NCBI GenBank assembly: GCA_964452145.1
Contig: CAYVLA010000084.1
Coordinates: 1-13,975, forward strand
Source: Candidatus Hadarchaeota archaeon
GTDB taxonomy: Archaea; CAYQAE01; CAYVLA01
Length of the DNA: 13,975 nt
Direction: 5' to 3'
The notes under the pieces were generated by a model. It made no database searches and had not been told where the DNA came from. It worked only from the letters and a program-made list of their open reading frames with translations. Shown in pieces: positions 7,495 to 13,975 of this stretch. The translations under genes were made by a program, and so were the position numbers. Each line of letters opens with the position of its first letter. The first letter of the stretch is position 1.

Positions 7495-8899
7495 CTATCT
7501 TTGCCCTGTGAAGATCGGCCTCTGACTTATCCTTGACGGAAGGTAGGAGGGTTTCCGGGGCATCTGGTTCTGAGATACTCTTAGCTGCCTGAGCAGTGTT
7601 GCCGGTTTGAGCCTTCGCGTTGTTCGCTTGACGCGGTCTCGCACCGAGACTGTGTCGGTTTCTGCTTCTTTTCTGCCTATCACTATGGTGTAGGGAATCC
7701 AGCTCCTCTCTGACTGCCGAATCTTGTACCCCAGGGGGCAGATCTGTCGTCAAGGTCCACCCGGAAACCGGCTTGGAGGATCGGGGCCGCTGCGTCTATA
7801 CAGCGGCCAAGGAAGAGATCGCTTATCGGGATCATCCTGACCTGGGTGGGGCTGAGCCAGAAGGGGAGTGTTGGGCTGCTCTTGGCTGAAGCGGTCTCCA
7901 GCATGGCCCAAAGGGTTCTCTCGATGGACCCGAAGGGGGATGCGTGCAGGATTATGGGCACATCTCTCTTCTCCCCATCCTTGGCAGTGTATCGTATGCG
8001 GAATCTTGCCCCGTTCTTTTCGTCCCACTGGACTGTGGATATCTGCTGGTTTGCTCCGTCTGGACTTATGGCCTGGTACTCGTTCTTCATAGAGTAGTAG
8101 TGTGTGGCCTGGGGCATCAACTTGATGAAGCTTGGCACCTGCATCTTTCTGCAGATCGATGCGATCCAGTCTTGGTGGGTGTCAAAGAAACTCTCGGTTC
8201 CTTCCCAGCCCATCACCCATGTTTCTCGTCCTATGGTCTGGTTCATCAGGTCTTTGAAGAGTATGGAGAGTCTTTCGAACTCGGCCTTGGCGCTGTTCTC
8301 ATCCGCGCATAGGGCGTGCATGTCTGTCATGTGGAAGTGGCGGACCCTGCTTCTTCGTAGATCTTCAGGGGCATCTGATTGTGTGAGAAGGAGAGCTTGG
8401 CTAGCAGGGGGAAGACTCCCGGGTCGGATGCGAAGCGAAGGACCAGTCTTCTTTTGCCGCTCCGGGTCTTGTAGTCTCGTTCGTGGAACTCTCCCATCAG
8501 TGCGGTTATTTCTTCTGCGTCCTGTCTGTAGAGTAGGGGGTTTTTGACCTTGAAGGCTCCCCATGGGAGGGCGATGCGGTGGAAGGCGTATTCGCAGAGG
8601 AGGTCGTGGATGAGTGTTCCGTTGGGGTACCACTTCAGGTGCCCTGTGTCGCTCTCTGGGCAGTAGTCCACGAGATCGAGCCTTCTCATCAGGTCTATGT
8701 GTTTTGGCTTGGTGTCCTTGGCTGGTTTCTTGGAGATCTCGTTCCTGACGAAGTGTCTGAGGAGCTTGATTGTAGCGGTTTGGGTGGTTGCTTTCCATAT
8801 TGGGTGGTTGGCCCAGTTGTGCTTCTCGATTTCGTGTATGTCGCCTTTATGGTCGCAGACAAGGAGTTCGGAGAACTTGTTCGCCTTCACACTATTCAT
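7495..8899 (-). pseudogene. thrS: Archaeal-type threonyl-tRNA synthetase (catalytic + anticodon-binding domains, no N-terminal editing domain), split over three frames
   Basis: Frame A: PKHIDLMRRLDLVDYCPESDTGHLKWYPNG...LRFASDPG...PLKIYEEA. Frame B from 8348: RVRHFHMTDMH...ISTVQWD...ILHASPFGSIER...LPFWLSPTQVRMIPI...RVDLDDR. Frame C after the C5 run (7734-7738): LGYKIRQSERSWIPYTIVIGRKE...ISQRPIFTG. Confidence 0.9.
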
Positions 8900-9263
8900 C
8901 CCCTGTCGGCGTGGCGTTTGGAGCTGTGGCTAGGGCTTTCGAGGCTATGGTTGGGTTGCCGGTGGACCTTTGGCTGGCCCTGGACGGTTCGGATCTAGAG
9001 GGTTCGCTGTGGGCTGTAACTATGGAGGGTAGGCATCGTTTGCGAGTCGGAAACCAGGCTTGGGGCGGGCTGTTTGTGGCAGAGGGTCTTGTGGGTTGTT
9101 TGTGTTTGCTTCTATGGGCCGGTTTCATCATTTCCATCATGTCGTCAACGGTGTTGTCTATCCGGTCTGCCGTCATCACGTTCTTCACCTCCGACATAGA
9201 CCTCGCCAGCTTCTTCTTGAACTCCGCAAGGTCTGGCCTCCCGGTCTCCTGCTTCTTTCCCAT
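8892..9263 (-). CDS. Hypothetical protein whose stop overlaps the thrS-like start
   Basis: GGTGA site 7 nt before the ATG. The first ~50 aa are charged, helical and Met-rich; the rest is P/S/T/A-rich and low complexity. The stop overlaps ATG 8899. Confidence 0.5.
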   Translation of the reverse strand: MGKKQETGRPDLAEFKKKLARSMSEVKNVMTADRIDNTVDDMMEMMKPAHRSKHKQPTRPSATNSPPQAWFPTRKRCLPSIVTAHSEPSRSEPSRASQRSTGNPTIASKALATAPNATPTGDE

Positions 9264-9363
9264 CCCGGTTTCACCGTAATGTAGACGTCTCTCGGGATAT
9301 ACGCGGTCTGGTAGCAGCAGAATTGGCGAGGCAGGCCCTGGTCGTCCTGCTCAGCTTCCCTTT

Positions 9364-9405
9364 CTTTGGCCTCTGGCCTTTGGCCTCTGCCCTTTGGCCT
9401 CTGGC
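9364..9405. repeat. Heptamer tandem repeat, 6 units alternating CTTTGGC/CTCTGGC (14-bp super-unit x3)
   Basis: ctttggc ctctggc ctttggc ctctgcc ctttggc ctctggc, with one mismatch. Intergenic. Confidence 0.9.
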
Positions 9406-9472
9406 CAGGCTCTATGGCGCCGTGTCCTGCCCCCGGCTGCCAGCGTCCGAGGCCATCGGGATCTGCGTGATC

Positions 9473-10714
9473 TCAATCGATGCTCGCCAATCTCGTCGTC
9501 CTGACCGACTGGTAGAGCCTTCGCCGAACCATGAGGGTCCATATGATGAACCCAGAGACGAAAGAGGCCGAGAAGAACACCAGCCACTCGACCGCGTAGA
9601 CCCAGAGCAGCGCCCTGTCCTTGACCCTCTTTGCCACCTCTTCGGCGCTGGACAGGCGTTCCAGCCCCGCCTGCAGGGCCGCCTCGCTTTCGACGAAGTT
9701 GTGATCCGCGTAGGAGGCAACCGTCAGCGAGTAGAGCTCCTGCACCGCCGCGATCTCCTCGTCGATCCCCTCCGTCGTCGCCCCGAGCCTCTCCACGAAG
9801 TCCCGGAAGGAAGCCAGGACCGTGATCTTGGTCCTGAACAGTGACAGCTCCGACCTCATTCTCTGGAAGGCCACGACGTCGTCAATCAGATCGGTTCCGG
9901 CAATCCAGTATATCATGTTCGAGAGGATCGCCGGCGAATACCTGTTCTCCCCGGCAACGCCCGTTGGATAGGCAAGCCACCCCTGCGGGATCTTTGCTCC
10001 CGTCGCCATCGTCCGTCCCTGACCGTACTCCCAGGCAGCGATATAGCCCTCCCTTCCCGGGAAGCTGCCGATCTGCCAGGCCAGAACCCCCGAGCCCTCC
10101 AGCGGTATCATCAGCCTCGTTGTCCCGCCATACGCGTAAACGTCCTCCACGCCGAGCGGGACGAACACGGTCAGTACCGGCTCCGGGTAGGCCTCGTTGA
10201 TCTTGATGCGGTAGGACGGATTCTTGGGCTCGGCCCCCCTCGCTATCACGGCGACCGCGTCGTTGGGAAAAGCCCGGGAAGCAAGACCGTTCGCCCATGC
10301 CTGGGCGATGCCGGGCAGTTGGCTGAAGAGGCTGCTCTCCGAGAGGCCACCAAGGCCCTGGGCTATCGCATCGTGCATCCATGCGTCCTGCTGAGTAGTG
10401 ACCATGTCATAGGAGGGCGAAAGGATGGCCAGCACATCGTACCCCAGCAGGCCTTGGTAGGTCCGAGGAAAGTACAGCCGGATCTGCTGCTTCAGCTCCG
10501 AGTCGCTGAGTACACCGCTGCGGGCGGGAATCATTGTGCACTCAACGGAGGGATCGCCGCCGTAGAACATCAGAATCATGGGGATCCTGTCCTCTTTCGC
10601 GAGGATGAGAAGCCTTATCCTGTCGCCGCCCTGACACGCTGGTGCGAGCAGGACGAGGGCGAGTGCCAGAAGGAGGCATCGTCTTCCCCGCAGACCAGAG
10701 ACTGGGGTGAGCAT
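9473..10714 (-). CDS. Exported membrane-anchored protein (413 aa): signal peptide, probable class I glutamine amidotransferase-like fold, helical bundle, C-terminal TM
   Basis: AGGAGG (10721-10726) before ATG 10714. Signal RGRRCLLLALALVLLAPACQG; GATase-like strands YDVLAIL and WEYGQGRTMA...ILSNMIYWIAG; amphipathic helices; TM helix followed by VRRRLY. Confidence 0.8.
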   Translation of the reverse strand: MLTPVSGLRGRRCLLLALALVLLAPACQGGDRIRLLILAKEDRIPMILMFYGGDPSVECTMIPARSGVLSDSELKQQIRLYFPRTYQGLLGYDVLAILSPSYDMVTTQQDAWMHDAIAQGLGGLSESSLFSQLPGIAQAWANGLASRAFPNDAVAVIARGAEPKNPSYRIKINEAYPEPVLTVFVPLGVEDVYAYGGTTRLMIPLEGSGVLAWQIGSFPGREGYIAAWEYGQGRTMATGAKIPQGWLAYPTGVAGENRYSPAILSNMIYWIAGTDLIDDVVAFQRMRSELSLFRTKITVLASFRDFVERLGATTEGIDEEIAAVQELYSLTVASYADHNFVESEAALQAGLERLSSAEEVAKRVKDRALLWVYAVEWLVFFSASFVSGFIIWTLMVRRRLYQSVRTTRLASID

Positions 10715-10720
10715 GGTTGT

Positions 10721-10750
10721 CCTCCTGGAATCCATAGCATTTATGATATA
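10721..10750 (-). promoter_or_regulatory. AT-rich TATA-like element (TATATCATAAAT, 10739-10750) and Shine-Dalgarno AGGAGG for the 413-aa gene
   Basis: AT-rich patch in a GC-rich context, 25-36 nt upstream of ATG 10714. Confidence 0.5.
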
Positions 10751-11052
10751 TCGCTCCGCCTGCAAAAAGATGAGGCCCCCACGAGATAGATGCGTCGCAT
10801 AGGCATCACTCCTCCCGGGCCCCCGCCAGAGAAATAGGTTACCGACCCCACCAACACGGCGGCCGGGGCGTAGACCGCGATGACGAGTACCGCGAACACG
10901 GGCAGGCCGATGGGCCGCCCCGCCCCTATGGCGTCGAGCCCGAAGTTGTAGGCGATCAACACGAAGTTCGAGAAGCCGAACAGGAAGTAGAGGTAGTGCG
11001 TGTGCCCCATGCAGAACTCTATCCAGCGCCGCCGCAGCCAGTAAGCGATCAA
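10741..11052 (-). pseudogene. Small archaeal membrane protein, probably C-terminally truncated
   Basis: GAGGAGG site and TTG start. WLRRRWIEFCMGHTHYLYFLFGFSNFVLIAY...YAPAAVLVG resembles a small uncharacterised archaeal membrane family (recalled, not searched). The tail after VLVG looks non-homologous and runs through the next gene's promoter. Confidence 0.55.
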
Positions 11053-11765
11053 TCAGACAGCCTCCTCTCTTTGCTTGGTCGAACGAGTCCTTGAACGAGG
11101 AAAGCAAGTAGTGGTTCGTAGACCCAATAAGTTGCTGTTCTTTCTCTCAGTCGGGGGTCATCCTGTGGTCGTTGATGGTGAAGAGGAGGATGTATCGGGC
11201 CACAGGGACAACTCGACAGGAACGAGATACGTTCGCGGGCGCGGGAAGGGATTTCGAAGGCTAACCCGCTCGGCCACGGTGGAGGGTTCTTGGCGAATCT
11301 GGCTTGCCGTCCGACTGCGCATATGGGAAATAGCTTCTCCCGATGGCTGGAGTGGCATCTCAGGTTGTGCCAGGGGGACCACAGGTACACACTCGTCAAC
11401 ACCGCCTGACCGTGGGGCGGTCACGTGAATGTGTTTGACGGAGGAGGGAACCGGAGGCAAGGTTGTCTCTGGTATTCTACTTCTCGTCAGCCTAGGCTTA
11501 CAGTTTCTCTAGGGGTCCTTTGGGGAGCCATGCGCGCTGCGTCCCTGTCGGCATAAGCGTAGATCCGGGCATCTCTCTGTTCTTCAGTCCAGAGCCGCCT
11601 TCAGGACCATCTGGGCTGCAAGAATGCCGGTGGCGAGTGGATCGGCCGTGGGACCATTTCACGATCATGAGCTAGCCGTAATCATCCGAGAAAAGGATTA
11701 TCCGGGCAATGCGCAGATATCCACGAGACGATCCAATCCATCAAACACAGCTGCCTCTACGCAGG

Positions 11766-12385
11766 CTATGTCTTTCTGGCAAGGCAGATGAAGTAGCTTT
11801 CGTCATCCCTTTCGAAGGTAACGCCAAGTCCGCTCTCCTTCATCATCTGTTTGAGAAGCTCTATGCTGGGTAGGAGGTCCTTCCCGATCTCCGCACCACC
11901 GTTCATGTGGACCTCGTTGATCTTCCTGGCCGAATCGGAATGAGCCACCGCCAGGCGCCCTCCCTTTCTAAGCACCCTGGATAGTATCCTGACGGCCAGG
12001 GGCTGGTCGACGAAATGGGGAAAACAGGAGTAACAGACCACCAGGTCAAACTCCGCGTTGTATCTCAGATCGTAGACGTCGGAGACCAGGTACGAAACCA
12101 GGGGATGCCTCTCTTCCGGATACTTCGAGCGAGCTACCTCGATCATCCTCTCCGAGTGATCCACCGCGACAACGCTTCCGTCCACAAGGTAAGGTATCTC
12201 TCGTAGAACGGTATCAGGATTCCGGTGCCGGTGTCAACGTCCAGTATCCTGTCATCGCCCTGGATCTCCAGCAGCTCGATGATGTACTCCACCTTCTCGA
12301 GGCTGTGAACGGAGATCTCGTCCCATACCTTGGCCCTATCATTGAAGAACTCCTTCTTCTTCGAATCCGTTATTCTCGGGTTCAT
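11766..12385 (-). pseudogene. Class I SAM-dependent methyltransferase (UbiE/Methyltransf_11/25-like), frameshifted
   Basis: EFFNDRAKVWD...ILDVDTGTGILIP in one frame and DGSVVAVDHSERMIEVAR...FDLVVCYSCFPHF...LRKGGRLAVAH in another. Removing one copy of the 5-bp duplication at 12186-12195 restores YERYLVDGSVVAVD. Confidence 0.9.
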
Positions 12386-12399
12386 GCTCTCGTCTCCGT

Positions 12400-13155
12400 T
12401 CAGACCGGGATGATCACCGGTACCCCTCTCACCCTCTCCACGTACGCCTCGATGTTGTATACGGCCTTGATGGTCTCGGGGGTGATGACCTCGGGACCTC
12501 CTGCGGAGTAAACGACCCCATCCTTCATCAGGACGAACTTGTCCGAGTGGCGGATGGCCAGGTTGATATCGTGGATGGCCATGATCGCGGCCATATGGTT
12601 CTTCTTGACGATCTTCCGGACCAACTGCAGTATCATGTGCTGGTTGGAAAGGTCAAGATTGCTTGTGGGCTCGTCCAGGAGGATCAGTCTCGGTTGCTGG
12701 ATCAGGACCCTGGCTATCTGCACCAGCTGGTATTCGCCACCGCTTATCTCGTCGACATACTTCAGTGCCAGCCCGTCGAGGCCCAGCAGGTGGAGCACCC
12801 TGCCTGCCAGCCTTATGTCCTTCTCGGTGACGTCCCACTGGAAGTGTGGTTTCCTTCCCAGCAGAACGGAGTCGAATACCATTGTCCTGGACGTCTCGCT
12901 CCTCTGGGCCACGTACCCTATGTTCTTCGCGATGTCCTTTCTTCTCATCCGATGGAGGTCCGATCCCTCCATGAACACTGAGCCTGCGTCCGGCGTGAGT
13001 GTCCTGTTTATGCACTTGATGAGCGTGGTCTTCCCAACGCCGTTGGGACCCAGAATGGAGATGACGTCGTCCCCCTCCACGGAAAACGATACACGGTCCA
13101 GAACCTGTCTGCTGCCGTAGGAGAAACCGATGCCGTTCAGCTCGAAGAACGTCAT
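12400..13155 (-). CDS. Iron-siderophore/cobalamin ABC importer ATP-binding protein (FecE/BtuD family), 251 aa
   Basis: ATG 13155 overlaps the permease stop (ATGA) and has a GGAGGT site. Motifs GPNGVGKT, ISGGEYQ, ILLDEPTSNLD, IHDINLA. Confidence 0.95.
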   Translation of the reverse strand: MTFFELNGIGFSYGSRQVLDRVSFSVEGDDVISILGPNGVGKTTLIKCINRTLTPDAGSVFMEGSDLHRMRRKDIAKNIGYVAQRSETSRTMVFDSVLLGRKPHFQWDVTEKDIRLAGRVLHLLGLDGLALKYVDEISGGEYQLVQIARVLIQQPRLILLDEPTSNLDLSNQHMILQLVRKIVKKNHMAAIMAIHDINLAIRHSDKFVLMKDGVVYSAGGPEVITPETIKAVYNIEAYVERVRGVPVIIPV

Positions 13156-13975
13156 GCCCGGTACCTCCTGATCAGCAGATAGATGAAGAGGGGCCCCCCG
13201 AGCATCGAGGTTATGATGCCCACTGGTACGACCGAGGGGTAAAGGATGACCTGCCCGACCCCGTCCGCCGTGACCAGGACGATGGCCCCTAGAATGATGG
13301 AGAGCGGGATGAGGTGGCGATGGTCGCTGCCGATGATCATCCGGGCGATGTGCGGTCCAAGAAGGCCTATGAAGGCGATTATGCCGAAGAAGGAGACGAT
13401 CACCGCGGATAGGACGGAGGACAGAACCATCCCCACGACCCTTTCGCGCTCCGTGTTGACGCCAAGCCCCTTGGCGGTGTTCTCCCCCGCGTCCATGGCA
13501 TTGTAATCCCATCTTTTGTAGAAGTAGTAGAGGGTCACCGGGAGAAGCACCAACAGTATCAGGAAGTTCCAGGACCAGGTCGCCTTCCCCAGATCACCGA
13601 AGGTCCAGGCCACGATGTTGCCCAGCTGCGAGTCGGTGGCTATGTACTGCATGAAGGATAGCCCGGCCGAGAACATGGCGGTGATGGCCACGCCGGCCAG
13701 TATCATCGTCTCGGCACTGACTCTCGTAATCCTGGTGAGGAGCAGTATCGAACCGGTCGCCAGCAGAGAGAACATGAATGCGCACACGGTCGTGACATAG
13801 GGATTGCTAATGGAGACCGTGGAGGTCATGCTACTGCCAGCACCCAGGAAGATGATGGCGAAGGAGGCCCCGAAGGCTGCAGAGCTGGATATACCCAAGG
13901 TGAAAGGCGAGGCCAGGGGATTGCGAAGGATGCACTGCATCACCACCCCGGCGACGGCCAACCCCGCCCCGGCGA
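13152..13975 (-). CDS. FecCD/BtuC family ABC importer permease (5' end outside the window)
   Basis: AGAGLAVAGVVMQCILRNPLASPFTLGISS, GENTAKGLGV, GIIAFIGLLGPHIAR, PVGIITSMLGGPLFIYLL. The frame is open to the window edge. Confidence 0.95.
   Translation of the reverse strand, partial: AGAGLAVAGVVMQCILRNPLASPFTLGISSSAAFGASFAIIFLGAGSSMTSTVSISNPYVTTVCAFMFSLLATGSILLLTRITRVSAETMILAGVAITAMFSAGLSFMQYIATDSQLGNIVAWTFGDLGKATWSWNFLILLVLLPVTLYYFYKRWDYNAMDAGENTAKGLGVNTERERVVGMVLSSVLSAVIVSFFGIIAFIGLLGPHIARMIIGSDHRHLIPLSIILGAIVLVTADGVGQVILYPSVVPVGIITSMLGGPLFIYLLIRRYRA

Noticed and set aside
8349..8798. First ~150 aa of ORF 7683..8798
   Set aside because: Off-frame shadow of the thrS 5' segment.
7495..8899. 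Programmed frameshifting producing full-length ThrRS
   Set aside because: The first break removes motif 2 residues, which recoding cannot restore. No canonical slippery heptamer was seen.
8900..9330. T-box riboswitch upstream of the thrS-like gene
   Set aside because: No T-box bulge consensus or terminator was seen, an ORF occupies the space, and T-boxes are bacterial.
9364..9405. CRISPR array interpretation of the repeat
   Set aside because: Units are 7 bp with no spacers, and no cas genes are present.
10630..10665. Lipoprotein lipobox in LLAPAC
   Set aside because: Ala at -3 and Pro at -2 fit the lipobox poorly. The protein already has a C-terminal TM anchor, so signal peptidase I cleavage is more likely.
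10715..11107. N-terminal 131-aa extension of the 544-aa ORF 9473..11107
   Set aside because: It overlaps the 10741-11052 gene in another frame and is Arg/Gly-rich shadow sequence. A strong AGGAGG, a TATA-like element and the signal peptide place the start at 10714.
11220..11370. tRNA, cobalamin riboswitch or other known ncRNA in the intergenic region
   Set aside because: Only short, scattered stems were found, with no cloverleaf or B12-box. It also lies downstream, not upstream, of the importer.
13156..13512. N-terminal extension of the ATPase ORF 12400..13512
   Set aside because: Off-frame shadow of the permease. The real start is ATG 13155, with a GGAGGT site and ATGA coupling.

Overview
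A moderately GC-rich window that is very probably archaeal: it has TATA boxes about 26 nt upstream of starts, GGTGA/GGAGG Shine-Dalgarno sites and an archaeal-type ThrRS. Nearly all genes are on the minus strand. From right to left it holds: the 3' end of a FecCD/BtuCD-type ABC importer operon with a broken class I methyltransferase; a membrane-anchored GATase-like surface protein; an atypical threonyl-tRNA synthetase (no editing domain, Zn-ligand Cys replaced by Asp, motif 2 deleted); a wHTH-membrane regulator + ABC-2 exporter + surface-protein cluster; a transglutaminase-like protein convergent with a membrane-anchored HemK-like NPPW methyltransferase; two membrane proteins; and an RHH-domain protein. 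The strongest cross-cutting signal is a dense set of lesions the ORF track hides: internal deletions, some at apparent microhomologies, a homopolymer frameshift and a 5-bp duplication. These point to a decaying accessory region, an error-prone assembly, or both. A CTYTGGC heptamer repeat family occurs downstream of two genes. No rRNA, tRNA, CRISPR array or transposase was recognised. All family calls come from motif recognition by eye, not database searches.
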